Source: an uncultured Phycisphaerales bacterium
GTDB lineage: Bacteria; Planctomycetota; Phycisphaerae; Tepidisphaerales; Tepidisphaeraceae
Direction: 5' to 3'
DNA: 64,000 nt
Assembly (NCBI GenBank): GCA_963844715.1
Contig: CAWJPJ010000005.1
Location: 160,001-224,000 of the forward strand
In this document: positions 1-12,269 of the stretch, one piece after another
Layout of the letters: the number at the start of each line of letters is the position of its first letter
How positions within the stretch are numbered: the stretch's first letter is position 1
Notes under the pieces: generated by a model
What the model was told of the DNA's origin: nothing
The model's database searches: none
The model's input: only the letters and a program-made list of their open reading frames with translations
Made by a program: the position numbers and the translations under genes

Positions 1-339
1 GATGACCTGGGGGGCTTTGTAGGGCTTGCCGATGAACTGATTTGCGCCGGCGTCCAAAGCCGCCTGGCGGGCCGTCTCGTGCGAGAGCGCGGAGATCACG
101 ATGATCGGCGTTGCGACCAGCTCCGGCTCGGCTCGCATGAGACGACAGACCTGGAGGCCGTCCATGCCGGGCATATTCACGTCCAGGACGATCACGCGCG
201 GCCGCAGCCGTTTAGCGGCGGCCCAGCCATCCATCCCACAATACGCGGTGTGGATGCTGTATCCGCAAACCTCCAAACGGATGCGAAGCGCTTCGACCAG
301 TCTCGGATCGTCGTCAATGATCAATACTTGGTCAGACAT
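1..339 (-). CDS. Response regulator receiver protein (3' end runs off the window)
   Basis: Not in the ORF track. Manual translation from ATG at 339 gives MSDQVLIIDDDPRL...VIVLDVNMPGMDG...IGKPYK, the CheY-like DD/D/K motifs. AAGGA lies upstream. Confidence 0.85.
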   Translation of the reverse strand, partial: MSDQVLIIDDDPRLVEALRIRLEVCGYSIHTAYCGMDGWAAAKRLRPRVIVLDVNMPGMDGLQVCRLMRAEPELVATPIIVISALSHETARQAALDAGANQFIGKPYKAPQVI

Positions 340-366
340 GAGCCATCCTTGCGTTAAGTGCTTCCA

Positions 367-1908
367 TTAGCGGCTGTATGCAGTTCGGGTTCTATCGCTG
401 TCGCGCGACCACGATCCGCCAACCTTGATTTCCAGCTCGGGACCCTGTTTCTCGATCGACCGATTAAATCGTGTCATTGCATCGCGAATTTTGTTGGACC
501 AGACCGTGGTGTCCCGGGACAGGCCCACGGCGTTTACGCCGTTCTGCTCGGGGTCCTCCAGGATCAGATCCATGGGTCGGCAGCAGGAAGAAATCACCCG
601 GCGCAAAGTCGAGACATCGGTGTCGGGCGGGGCGGCGATCTGCAGCAAGCGAACCTCGCCGATCTCTTCAAGCACGCCGAGGCAATCGATGAAGCGGGCG
701 AGAATCCGGGAGAGGTCATCGCCGGGCAACGTGAATCCGAAGGTGCTTCCCTTGCCCGGCTCGCTTTGGACATCGACGGTGCCCAGGTTGAGCCAGGTCA
801 ATTGTTTGACAATGCTTAAACCGAGTCCGAATCCCTTCGTGCCGGCCAGTTGCGGCTCTTCAAGCTGCTTGAACCGCTCGAAAATAACCTCCAGATCTTC
901 GGGCCTCATTCCGGGGCCCCGGTCGGTCACGGCGATGCGTACGTCGCCGTCATCGGTCGGCGCGGCGGACAATTCTATTGAGCCGCCCTGCGGCGATACC
1001 TTGATGGCGTTGACCGCCAGATTGATCAGCACTCGTCCGATTTTGGAAAGATCCCCAAAGAATCTTCCAGCGTCCTGGGAAACCGATTGCCTGATGGAAG
1101 CGTCTTTGGGCTTGGCCCGGACCTCGAGCAGGGGGACGACGGACTCGAATAATTCCTGAACCGTGTGCGAGGCGCGGTCGATCGCAAGCGCCTGCGCCTT
1201 CAGCTTGCTGGAATCCAGGAAGTCGTCGACCATTTCGGCCATATCGTGAGTTGCCTCGGAAATGGTCTCGAGATGCTTAACCTGACGAGGATTGACCGGG
1301 CCGCACAAACCCTCGGCGAGAATCGAGGCGTACTGATCGATGACCGTCAGCGGCGTGCGCAGATCGTGCGCGACGTCGTCGACGAAATGATGCGCCGTTT
1401 CGGTCAGTTCCTTGAGTCGCTCGTTCTTGGCCTCCAATTCGACATTGACGAGCTTGAGTTTGCGCGTGAGGGTGCTGTTTCGGGCTTCGAGGCGGTATCG
1501 ATGGACGGCTTCCCGGATGGTGCGCCCGAGGCGCTGATCGTCGGAAATGATGTCGGCCTTGGCCATGTAATCGGAAATGCCGGCTCGAAATGCCGCCGCG
1601 GCGATTTTCGCGTCATTCTGATTGGTGAGCAGAATAACCGGGCCGACGTTGGCCTTGACCAGATTGGGAATGAAATCCAGCCCCGTGCAGCCGGGCATGT
1701 TGTAATCGATGAAGACGACGGAGATTCCCTCGGCGGGCAGACTGACGGTCGCCTCGACCGGGTCTGAAAAGATGTGGATTTTAACCGGCCCCGAGGGGGC
1801 GTACTCCGCCTGCTGCGATTGCAATCTGCGCTCCACGACATGGAGAAAATCCAGGTCGTCGTCGATCAGGACGATGGAGCGAACAACCGTCGTGTCGTTG
1901 GATGCCAT
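367..1908 (-). CDS. Hybrid sensor histidine kinase (receiver-HisKA-HATPase)
   Basis: IDDDLD and FIDYNMPG receiver motifs; AHDLRTPL H-box; NLAVNAIK N-box; DRGPG and GFGLGL G-boxes. Start taken at MASNDTT. Confidence 0.9.
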   Translation of the reverse strand: MASNDTTVVRSIVLIDDDLDFLHVVERRLQSQQAEYAPSGPVKIHIFSDPVEATVSLPAEGISVVFIDYNMPGCTGLDFIPNLVKANVGPVILLTNQNDAKIAAAAFRAGISDYMAKADIISDDQRLGRTIREAVHRYRLEARNSTLTRKLKLVNVELEAKNERLKELTETAHHFVDDVAHDLRTPLTVIDQYASILAEGLCGPVNPRQVKHLETISEATHDMAEMVDDFLDSSKLKAQALAIDRASHTVQELFESVVPLLEVRAKPKDASIRQSVSQDAGRFFGDLSKIGRVLINLAVNAIKVSPQGGSIELSAAPTDDGDVRIAVTDRGPGMRPEDLEVIFERFKQLEEPQLAGTKGFGLGLSIVKQLTWLNLGTVDVQSEPGKGSTFGFTLPGDDLSRILARFIDCLGVLEEIGEVRLLQIAAPPDTDVSTLRRVISSCCRPMDLILEDPEQNGVNAVGLSRDTTVWSNKIRDAMTRFNRSIEKQGPELEIKVGGSWSRDSDRTRTAYSR

Positions 1909-1913
1909 CGTTT

Positions 1914-2408
1914 TCACCCCGTGAACTGGGAGGGCTCTGGTTCCGGAGATACCTGGAATCCGGGTTTGCATTCCGCGGAAGTTCCAGCGGCGGAACAGGC
2001 GCACCTGCCCTTGGAAGCCGAGTCGATCATCTTTAACAGCGCGGTGAGATTGAGCGGCTTGTGGATCAGTCCGAACGCGCCCAATTCCTCGGCCCGCAAC
2101 GCGAGCTGCGACGAGTTGTCCCCCGTCATGAAGATGACCGGGATTCCCGCAAGCTCGGGAAGCTTGCGCAAGCGTTCGATGATCCCGAAGCCGTCTCCTT
2201 TGGAACTCAGGATGTTTCGGCGTTCGACGTCCATTCGGATGTCGAGCACCATCACATCAGGTTTTTGCGTCTCGGCGTACGCGACCGCCAAGTCGGCGTT
2301 CGTGCAGGTCACAACTTCAATCCCGTAGGCTTGAAGCTGGATCTGCAGAACGGAAAGGAGACTCTCTTTATCATCCGCGATCAGAACCTTCACTTTGTCC
2401 ATATTCAT
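1914..2408 (-). CDS. Single-domain response regulator
   Basis: VLIADD, VLDIRM, FMTG and HKP receiver motifs. Confidence 0.85.
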   Translation of the reverse strand: MNMDKVKVLIADDKESLLSVLQIQLQAYGIEVVTCTNADLAVAYAETQKPDVMVLDIRMDVERRNILSSKGDGFGIIERLRKLPELAGIPVIFMTGDNSSQLALRAEELGAFGLIHKPLNLTALLKMIDSASKGRCACSAAGTSAECKPGFQVSPEPEPSQFTG

Positions 2409-2462
2409 ACCTCGAGGTTGAAGTCTTGCTCCTTATCCCATCGTTAGCGTGTTGAATCGGGT

Positions 2463-3705
2463 TTAGTTGATAGACGCGTTATTCGCCCTTTCGGATTGAT
2501 GGAGTGCCTCATCCTTGTTGGAAGATTCTGCCTTTGCAGGCGCGGCGCCTGGCGTTGCGAAGGGGTCGGGGCGGGAGACGGATTGCAGGACGTCCCCTAT
2601 CTCTTTTGCGGCCGCGACAACTTTGTCCAACTCCGCCAAATGGTCGCGGTCGCCGGTCGATTCCAACTGCTCGCGGAGGCGGCGGAAGTTCTCGCCGGCA
2701 TCGCTGAAGCGGGAAACAAACTTCAACATGTGAAGATTGTCGGCTTCCATGGCGGTCTGGTCGTTAAATGTGACCAGCACGCCCAGAGGGGTTCCATCGG
2801 GCGCGGGAATTGGCGATGCGTTGACGTTCAGGCGATGCGTGTGACGGCTGCCGACCTGGAGGCGCATCGATACGCCCCGCTGGCGCAGATTGGTCTGCTT
2901 GGCGGCTTTCCAGGGGAATAGCTCCGCATCCGCCTCGTCGTTGTCGGTCAACCAGGGCAACGAGGAAAGTGTGCGCCCGATCAATCTCTCCATGGGCAAA
3001 AAGGCCGTGCGGGCGAAGGATTCGTTGGCCATGACGATCTGGTCCTGCATGTCGAGAATCGCCATGCCTTCGACCAGCGTGTCCATCATCAGTTGCATGC
3101 GCTCGGGCACGGCGGCGGTGGGATCGAGTGTTCTGAGCATGCGCGACAGGAATATCCAGAAAAGCAGGAATACGCCGGCAAGGATGAACGTGTTGGACTG
3201 CACGGAGGGAGTGCGCCACCAGGCGAGCCAGGTTGCCGGGCGGGGCAGCGGCGCAAAGGCGATTTCCAACTCTCCCCAAGGTTTGCGCCCTTGATACAAC
3301 GCCACCTGAACGTGCGTCGGCGTGTTGGCGGATGACGCGGCCAGAGCCCAATATTTCTCGTGGCCGGCGGTCTGCATGACGAGGGTTCCATCGCGCTGCG
3401 CAGCCCGATCGACTGCAGGTCGGAATACCGCTGAACCATTGAGTCGAAGAAGCCGCCGGCGAAGCCATAGTTGTCATGGGCGATGGCGGAGGCCGCCTCC
3501 GAGGACGCCATCTCGGCCAGGAGCATTCGCTTTTGAAGGGACGCGTCGTCGGCATCCGGAAGAAGCGCAGTGCCTGTGCAAAAAGCAATACGCAACTCGT
3601 CAGAAGGACCAGACCCAGGACCATCTGCATGGGAGTCTGCACGCCGGCGCGCTCGAGCCAGCTTTGCGGCGAAATCCACGTTTTGTAGAACTGGCGAAGT
3701 CTCAT
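2463..3705 (-). CDS. Membrane-anchored PAS-domain sensor without kinase domain (two apparent frameshifts)
   Basis: Stitched from three frames: N-terminal TM (MVLGLVLLTSCVLLFAQAL), extracytoplasmic region, second TM, then PAS (DTLVEGMAILDMQDQIVMANESF...GVLVTFND). ATG overlaps the upstream stop (ATGA). Confidence 0.7.
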
Positions 3706-6700
3706 CTCAGCAACATTCCCAAAGTCGATGTGTCATCCTTGCCGGTCGCGTTTCGTTTCTTTCCTGGGCCCCGCCAGGACTTCAGAATCGGCACGGGGTC
3801 GAACCAGTGCCATTCAGGAAGGGTCGCCATGACGCCGGCCAGCATCGATCCGGGAAGCAGCAATCCCGCGACGACACCGGCGGTGATCGAAACTGTTGCA
3901 AATAGGACGCTTCTTGAAACCGTCGCTCCCGAGGAGAAGCCGGTCAGTTGTGCCGTGCCGGAGCCAATCGGCGCTCGCGGCGCTTGCGCGGCCGGGGGTT
4001 TGGCCGCCGGCGCGGTTACGAGTTTTGGAGGCGCGGGCGTCGGATCCGCGGCGGCGAAATTCTGCGTCGGCACTACCGGCACCGGAACGGGCGTCGGTCC
4101 CGGAGTCGGTCCGGGTGGAATTGGAATGACTGGCGGAATCGGGATCACCGGGGGAATCGGGACCACGGGCGGCGTCGGATTAATCGGCGGTGTCGGCACG
4201 ATGGGAGCGACGACCGGCTGGCCGACGGTCACCGCAGCGGTCCCGCTGACGAGAAGGCCGGCGCGGCGCGGACAGTCGCGGTTCCGGCGCTCCCCGGCGC
4301 GGTGTATAGCCCGCTGGAATTGATGTTGCCGACTCCAAGAGGATCGATCGACCAGATAAAGCTCGGCTGGGTAGCCATCGGATCGCCGAATTGATCGAGC
4401 GCGGTCGCGTTGAATTGCTGGGTCGCGCCGGCGTCGAGATTCGCGGTTGCGGGGCTCACCGTGACGCTCGTGGTCGTCTGTTCGACGGTGACGTTCACGC
4501 TGCTGGTCGTGCTTTGAATGCCATCCGAAATGGTCACGGTGAACGTGTAATTGCCGGCCTTATTGAACGTGACAAGGGAGACTTTCGAGGCGTTAGTGCC
4601 ATTGGCGCTGAAGGCCGGATCGGATCCGGCCGGTGAATTGGTCGCCAGCCAGGTGTAGGTGAGGCTTGCTTCGCCTTGCTCGTCACCGCCGAGCACACTC
4701 AGGAAGGTGGTTGTGCCGGTCACGGGGTTTGGCGTCGCGGATGCGGCGATGACCACGGTGGGCGGTGTGTCGCTGACGGTGACGGCTGCCGTGCCGCTGA
4801 TCAATACGTCGGCCGTGGCGCGAACGGTCGCGGTGCCCGTTGAATTCGGCGCGGTGTATAGGCCGTTGGAATTGACGCTGCCCACGCCCAGCGGATCGAT
4901 CGACCAGGTGAATGTGGGTTGAGTCGCCATGGCGCTCCCGAACTGGTCGAGGGCCGTGGCGGTGAATTGCTGGGTGGCATTGGGGAGGAGGCCGACGTTT
5001 GCCGGGGCAACGGTCACACTTGTGAATGTTTGATTGACGGTGACGTTCACGCTGCTGGTGGTCGAGAGCGATCCATCGCTGATGGTCGCGGTGAAGGTGT
5101 AATCCCCGGCCATGTTGAAAGTGACGACGGAGACTTGCGAGGCGTTGGTGCCGTTATCGCTGAAGACGGGATCGGATCCGGCCGGTGAACTGGTGGCGGA
5201 CCAGGTGTAAGTAAGGTCGAGCCCGGCGTCGGCGTCGGTCCCGAGGACGCTCAGCGTCGTAGTCGTGCCATTGACCGGGTTGGGAGTGGCGCTGGCCGCG
5301 ACAAGCACCGTTGGCGGTGTATTGCTGACGGTTACGGAAGCCGTGCCGATGTCGATGGTATCGGCCGTCCCGAGCACCGTGGCCGTGCCGGAAGTTGCCG
5401 GCGCCGTGTACAGGCCCGTGGAACTGATGCTGCCGGCGCTGAGGGGCGCCAGGGACCAGGTGAACGTGGGCTGCGTGTCCATCGCGTTTCCGAATTGGTC
5501 CAAGGCCGTGGCCGTGAACTGCTTGGTGGCGTTGGGGAGCAGAGTGACGGTTGCCGGAGTGACGCTTACGCGTGTCAGAGTCTGGTTGACGACAACGTTC
5601 ACGCTGCTGGTCGTGCTGAGGGACCCGTTCGAAATGGTCGCGGTGAAAGTGTAATCCCCGGCCATGTTGAAAGTGACGACGGAGACCGCTGAGAGGGCGG
5701 TCCCGTTGTCGCTGAATACGGGGTCGGAGCCCGCGGGGGAACTGGTGGCGGACCACGTATAAGTGAGATCGAGCCCGGCATCGGAATCGGTCCCGAGAAC
5801 GCTGAGTGTCGTCGTGGTTCCAGTTACCGGGTTGGGATTCGCCGATGCGGCGACTAGCACCGTTGGCGGCGTGGCGGCCACGGTTACCGAAGCCATTCCG
5901 ATGTCGATGGTGTTCGCAGTCGCGAGCACTGTCGCCGATCCGGAGTTTGCCGGCGCGGTGTATAAGCCTGACGAACTGATGGTGCCGGAGCTGAGGGCGC
6001 GAGCGACCAGGTGAACGTCGGCTGCGTATCCATCGCGTTTCCGAATTGGTCCAAAGCCGTGGCCGTGAACTGCTGGGTGGCGTTTGGAACCAAATCGGCG
6101 CTAGCGGGCGTGACGGTGACAGTCGTCACAGTTTGCTCGACCGTGACGTTCACACTGCTTGTCGTGCTAAGGGAGCCGTTCGAAATGGTCGCGGTGAAAG
6201 TGTAATCCCCGGCCATGTTGAAAGTGACGACGGACACCGCTGAGAGGGCGGTTCCGTTGTCGCTGAAGGTGGGGTCGGAGCCGGCGGGCGAGCTGGTCGC
6301 GGACCAGGTGTAAGTGAGATCAAGCCCGGCGTCGGCGTCTGTGCCAAGAACGCTTAGCGTTGTGGTCGTTCCGGTTACGGGGTTGGGAGTCGCGGCGGCG
6401 GCGACCAGCACCGTCGGCGGCGTGGCGGTGACGGTTACGGAAGCGGTGCCGATATCGATGGTGTTGGCGGTTGCCAGCACTGTGGCCGTGCCGGAGGTCG
6501 CGGGCGCGGTGTACAAACCGGAGGAGCTGATGGTACCGTCGCTGAGGGGCGCGAGGGACCAGGTGAACGAGGGTTGCGTGTCCATCGCGTTGCCGAATTG
6601 ATCTAAAGCGGTCGCGGTGAACTGCTGGGTGGCGTTGGGAAGCAAATTCGCACTGGCCGGCGTGACGCTGACGGTGGTCAGAGTTTGCTCAACCGTGACG

Positions 6701-7712
6701 TTCACGCTGCTGGTTGTGCTGACCGTCCCGTCGGAAATCGTCACTGTGAATGTGTAGTTCCCCGCCCGGTTGAAAGTGACGACCGAGACTTGCGAAAGAT
6801 TGGTTCCGTTGTCGCTGAACATCGGATCCGCGCCGTTCGGCAACGCCGTCGCCGCCCAAGTGTAGGTGAGATCGAGCCCGGCATCGGAGTCGGTCCCCAG
6901 AGCGCTGAGCGTGGTCGTTGTGCTGGTCACGGGATTGGGAACTGCCGTCGCGGCGAGCAGTATCGTCGGAGGCGGGTTGCTGGAGACGGACACTGAAGCG
7001 GTTCCGATGTCGATAGTATTGGCGGTGGCGAGCACCGTAGCGGTGCCGGAAGTCGCGGGCGCGGTGTATAGGCCTGTGGAACTGATGGTACCGGCACTCA
7101 GGGGCGCCAGCGACCATGTGAACGACGGCTGCGTGTCCATCGCGTTGCCAAATTGGTCGAGGGCCGTGGCGGCGAACTGCTGGGTCGTGCTGGGAAGAAG
7201 ATCGACCGTTGCGGGAGTGACAGTGACGGTCGTCAGCGTTTGCTCAACCGTCACATCCACGCTGCTGGTGGTGCTGAGGGCGCCATTCGAAATGGTAGCG
7301 GTGAAGGTGTAGTCGCCCGCCATGTCGAATGTGACGACGGACACGTCCGAAAGATCGGTGCCGTTGGTACTGAAAGTGGGATCGGACCCCGTGGGTGAAC
7401 TGGTGGCGGACCAGGTGTAGGTAAGGTCTAGCCCGGCGTCGGAATCGGTCCCGAGAACGCTGAGTGTGGTCGTTGTTCCAGTGACAGGATTGGGAAGAGC
7501 CGACGCGGCGACCAGCACCGTCGGCGGCGAGGCGGTGACGGTTACGGAAGCGGTGCCGATATCAATCGTGTTGGCGGTCGCCAGCACTGTGGCCGTCCCG
7601 GACGTTGCCGGCGCGGTGTAGAGGCCCGTGGAACTGATCGTGCCGGCACTCAGCGGCGCCAGGGACCAGGTGAACGAGGGCTGCGTGTCCATCGAATTGC
7701 CAAATTGATCTA

Positions 7713-9089
7713 GCAGGACGCTGAAAAACTCGGGAGTTGGCGCATTTTCCTGTCTGTTGGCCGCTTTTCAATGGCGGGTTCCATCTCGGATCGTTCCAAG
7801 GGCTTCAGTTCGTTCGAGTTCGTTGGCGGATTGCATGCCCAGGTTGAGTTTCACACGGTACTCAGGTTGCGCATCCGGATCAGATTGAACGCCGCCCCGG
7901 CCAGGTGGGCCTGCTGGCCGGTTTTTGAATGTCCGATCAACCGGGTGCGATACAGGCCGCCGATCGTCTTGGCCCAGCCGATCCATTCCTCGATCTTCTT
8001 GCGGCAACGCTGGCTGATGGCGTAACCGAGGGTCTTGGCGCGCCGACGCATCCGCTGGCGGGCCGCGATGTTGGCTCGGTTCTTCCAGCGATAGGCGGCG
8101 GTGTCGCCGCCGATCTTGCCCTCCTTCACCGCCACGTGCGGACGGATTCTTCTTCGCTCCAGCCCACGCAACAGCGGACCCTGGTCGTACCCCTTGTCGG
8201 CCCCAACCGTCTTGGGTTTGAGCCCAAAACGTTTCTTGACCCGATCGATCAGCGACAACGCGGTGACCGGCTCGCTGTTCTCCAGCGGCGAGTTGACTTC
8301 CACCGCCAGCACCAGCCCGTGGCGGTTCTCCACGATCGCGTGCAGCGCATGGCTGAGCAACGCCGGCTTGCCGTCGCTCTTGCGGACCAGCTTCGCGTCG
8401 GAATCGGTGGTTGATTCGTGGGTGTCGTTGGACCGCTTCTGGCCGTGGAAGTCCACCTCGGCGTTGCGGCCCTTAAAACCGTTGTTATCTCCCGCATCAT
8501 TGTCTTTTTTGTCCTTTTCATCCCTGGGTTTGAAGCTCTTGATCGACGCATACGCCTCGATCAGCGAGCCATCCACCGAGAAGTGGTCGGGGCTGACCAG
8601 TCCCGCGGCGATGGCCCGACGCACCGTGCCGTCGAAAAACGCGCCGATCAGCCCGTGCTCTTCCAGCCGCCCGCGATTGTGCGAGAAGACGGTGGCGTCG
8701 AATACCTCTTCGTCGATCCGCAGGTCCAAAAACCAACGGAACAGCAGGTCGTGATCAATCCGTTCCACGAGCTGCGCCTCGGAGCGAATCGAATAGATCG
8801 ATTGCAAAAGCAACGCCTTGATCAGCCGCTCCGGCGGCACGCTGGGCCGGCCTTCGGCCGCGTAGGCGGCATCAAAACGCCGACTCATGGCCTTCAAGTC
8901 TTCATCGACCATGCGCTTCACGGCCCGCAGCGGATGATCAGGACGGACGCGTTGTTCCAGATCGATGGCCGCGATGAACAAAATGGATTGGGGATCGGCC
9001 TTGCCTCGCATGAATGACCTCCGTGTCTGGGTGTCACACAGTTCAGCGCCACCGAGAACATTCGTCAAGAGGGTTTTTCAGCGTCCTGC
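7713..9089 (-). mobile_element. IS5/IS1182-like insertion sequence, 1377 bp
   Basis: Perfect 17-bp terminal IR GCAGGACGCTGAAAAAC. TA duplication at 7711-7712 and 9090-9091. Removal restores GATCTAAAGC, as in the sister repeat at ~6600. Confidence 0.92.
7851..9011 (-). CDS. DDE transposase (DUF772-type N-terminus)
   Basis: MRGKADPQ...DHPLRAVK, GRPSVPPE, SVDGSLIEA, ADKGYD and RKKIEE motifs. Confidence 0.9.
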   Translation of the reverse strand: MRGKADPQSILFIAAIDLEQRVRPDHPLRAVKRMVDEDLKAMSRRFDAAYAAEGRPSVPPERLIKALLLQSIYSIRSEAQLVERIDHDLLFRWFLDLRIDEEVFDATVFSHNRGRLEEHGLIGAFFDGTVRRAIAAGLVSPDHFSVDGSLIEAYASIKSFKPRDEKDKKDNDAGDNNGFKGRNAEVDFHGQKRSNDTHESTTDSDAKLVRKSDGKPALLSHALHAIVENRHGLVLAVEVNSPLENSEPVTALSLIDRVKKRFGLKPKTVGADKGYDQGPLLRGLERRRIRPHVAVKEGKIGGDTAAYRWKNRANIAARQRMRRRAKTLGYAISQRCRKKIEEWIGWAKTIGGLYRTRLIGHSKTGQQAHLAGAAFNLIRMRNLSTV

Positions 9090-11384
9090 TAAAGCCGTGG
9101 CGGTGAATTGCTGCGTGGCGTTGGCAAGCATACTGACGGTTGCTGGGGCGACGCTTACGCGAGTCAAGGTCTGGTTGACCGTGACATTGACGCTGCTGGT
9201 GCTCGAGAGCGATCCGTTGCTGATGGTCGCGGTGAACGTGTAATCCCCGGCCATGTTGAACGTGACGACCGACACCGCCGACAGGAGGGTCCCGTTGGCG
9301 CTGAAAAGTCGGGTCCGACCCGGCTGGTGAACTCGTGGCGGACCAGGTGTAAGTAAGATCAAGCCCGGCGTCGGCGTCGGTCCCGAGAACGCTCAAGGTC
9401 GTTGTGGTTCCTGTCACGGGATTGGGAGTCGCGGATGCCGCAACCAGCACGGTGGGAGGGGGGGCGTTGACCGTAACCGTAGCGGTTCCGATGTCGATGG
9501 TGTTGGCCGTGGCGAGCACCGTGGCCGAGCCGGAGGTTGCGGATGCGGTGTACAAGCCGGTCGAACTGATGCTCCCGGCGCTGAGGGGCGCCAGGGACCA
9601 GGTGAACGAGGGCTGGGTCGCCATCGCATTGCCGAACTGGTCGAGGGCCGTGGCGGTGAACTGTTGAGTCGCATCGGGGAGCAGATCGACGCTCGCGGGA
9701 GCGACGCTGACGCTGGTTAGGGTCTGATTTACCGTGACATTCACGCTGCTGGTGGTGGAGCGGGTCCCGTTGCTGATGGTCACGGTGAGGGTGTACTCGC
9801 CGGCCATGTTGAAGGTGACGATGGAGGCATCTGAGAGAAGGGTGCCGTTGGAACTGAAAGTGGGGTCAGACCCGGCCGGTGAACTCGTGGCGGACCACGT
9901 GTAAGTGAGATCCAGCCCGGCGTCGTCATCGGTCCCCAGGACGCTGAGCGCGGTGGTGGTTCCCGTTACGGGATTGGGGATGGCGCTGGCGGCTAGAACG
10001 ACCGTTGGAGTCGCGTTGGCGACGGTCACATTTGCCGTGCCGCTTACGGCCCCGCTGGTCGCCCGCACTACGGCGGTTCCTGTGGTGGTTCCGGCGGAAT
10101 AAAGACCGAGAGCGTCAACTGATCCTACTCCGCCGGAATCCACAGACCAGGTAAAGATTGGGGGAATCGTCAAGGCATTTCCGAATTGATCGTCGCCAGT
10201 CGCGGTGAAAAGCTGAGTTCCATCGCGATTCAACGAGGCGCTACTGGGCGAAACCGCGATGCTCGTGAGCGTCGAGTCCACGGTCACGGTGACGGCGCTG
10301 GTGGCAAAGAGGATTCCATCGGTACACGTGACCGTGAAGATGTATTCCCCGGCCTCGTTGAACGTGACCGTGGTGTTCTTGGCCGGGTTGCTGCCGTTGA
10401 TGCTGAAAACTGGCGTCGCGCCCAGCGGAGTCAGCGTTGCCGACCAGGTATAGGTAACGCGGGATTCGCCCTGCGTATCGGCAGCGAGCACGCTTAAATC
10501 AGTCGTCTTCCCGGTGACCGGAGAAGGATTGGCCGCGGCCGCGGTCTTGATCGTGACGAGGCCCAAATCCGCGGGGTAACTGGCCAGCAGGCTGGTGTCG
10601 AGGGGAAGCGGCTCGTTACCCGCGCCGGCTGATTCGGCGTCGAGCGTCCAGCCGCCATCCTTGCCGATGACATTGGTCGATCCGAATACGCCTGCGTTAG
10701 TCAGCGTGTGAATCTCGCCGAGCAGTTCCTCGCCCAAGGGACCGGAAGCGGTATTGCATGCGAATAATTCGATCGCGCCGCCGGGGGCGATTTCCGCGCC
10801 GAGCGCTTTCCAGTCAGCCGCCGTCGCGTTGAGCGTCTGGTTCGAAATGATGTTATCGCCCAACTCAAATTCGCCGGATGCGCCGTGGGTGAGAATGACG
10901 ACGGACTGAAAGTTCCCGCCCAGATTCTTGGCGATGCTGATCGTCCGTTGCAGAATGCTCGCCGCGGAATCCGTCGCCGGATTGAAGTAAATCTTCACCG
11001 CATTGGGCAGGCTTTGAGCCAAAAGCTGTTGATCCGGCAGAGCGACGTCGATGAGCGCCAGAACCGGCAGTTCTTGTTTGCTGGCGACGGGGTTTGCTGC
11101 GCCTGCAAGCGTGGCGCTGAGAAGTAGTCGCCGTTCCAACCGCTCCAGACCTGGCCGCCGGGCGATGTGATTTTCGGCCGATCGGGCGGATTTGGCGACA
11201 CTTTGAGGAGTCGCCGAGATTGGCAAAGCTCCAGTGTGCACTCCATTACAATCGGAAGATTCCGTGGGTGAATTATTTGACTAGTAAGTGGGTCAAATTG
11301 TCGGGTCTCGATCAACAACGTAAGTGGTTTTCGGGGGCCTGCACCGGCTTTTTCCGCTTTCTGGCAGCGCGGCAGGTCGCCTAG

Positions 11385-12269
11385 GGCCTGTCTGATGAAT
11401 CGCTTTTGGTTATAAATAGCGGTTTTCAGACGAGGTGTCACGGATGCGACGTTATGAGCTCACGGATGAGCAGTACGAGTTGATCGGCGATCTGCTGCCC
11501 GGCAACGGCAAGCGCGGCGGGCAGTGGAACGACCACCGCACCACGCTCAACGGCATGTTCTGGATTCTGCACTCGGGCGCTCAATGGCGCGAGATGCCCG
11601 AACGTTACGGCAGATGGCAAAGCGTCTACGACCGCTTCAACCGCTGGAGAAAGGACGGAACGATTGATCGAATCCTCCAGCGGCTGCAGATGAGGTTGGA
11701 CAAGCAAGGACGAATCGACTGGGACCTGTGGTGCATCGACGGCACCAATGTGCGAGCCAGTCGATCCGCCGCCGGAGCCAGAAAATCAAAACCGCCCCGG
11801 AAGAACCGGCGGATCACGCGTTGGGCCGCAGCCGAGGCGGGTGGGGCAGCAAGCTCCACCTGGTTACTGACGGCCAGGGAGTTCCGCTCGCCGTCGAGGC
11901 CAGCGCCGGCCAATGCCACGAGAGCCGGTACGTGGAGCCGGTGATGAACGCGATGCGCATCGGTCGCCGCCGTCGTCGCCCCAGGAGGCTGGCGGGCGAC
12001 AAGGGATACAGTTACGGAAATGTGCGGCGATGGCTGCGTCGCCACCGAATCCAAGCGGTGATCCCGGCGAAATCGAATCAGCCGCCGCAGGAGAACTTTG
12101 ATCGCAAGGCGTATCGCCGACGGAACGTGGTGGAGCGTTGCGTGAATTGGATGAAGGAGAATCGCCGCCTGGGCACGCGTTACGAGAAACTGGCGGTGAA
12201 CTTTCAGGCCATGGCCAAGCTCGCCATGATCCGTCGCTATTTCAGGATTTTGGATTCATCAGACAGGCC
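11385..12269 (+). mobile_element. IS5-family element, 885 bp, copy 1 of 3
   Basis: IR GGCCTGTCTGATGAATC; CTAG on both sides; same translated ORFs as the copies at 33507 and 37331. Confidence 0.95.

Larger units (their letters stand above)
4240..10560 (-). repeat. Nine intragenic ~552-bp (~184-aa) tandem repeats
   Basis: The PNPVTGTTT...TATALDQFGN...GLYTAP unit recurs near 10520, 9975, 9420, 7490, 6935, 6385, 5835, 5280 and 4730. Confidence 0.85.
3702..11241 (-). pseudogene. Giant surface protein (~2050 aa restored): LEPR-XLL signal, DUF4347, nine PKD/Ig-like repeat pairs, Pro-rich linker, C-terminal membrane anchor; interrupted by an IS
   Basis: LERLERRLLLS motif; DUF4347-like ILTHGASGEFELG...IELFACNTA...GWTLD; Thr/Ser/Val-rich repeats; C-terminal GSMLAGVMATLPEWHWFDPVPIL. 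The IS sits in the L codon of a TATALDQFGN repeat. Confidence 0.8.

Noticed and set aside
4240..10560. CRISPR array or DGR template/variable repeats
   Set aside because: The repeats are ~552-bp coding units with synonymous-type variation. No cas or reverse transcriptase gene is present.
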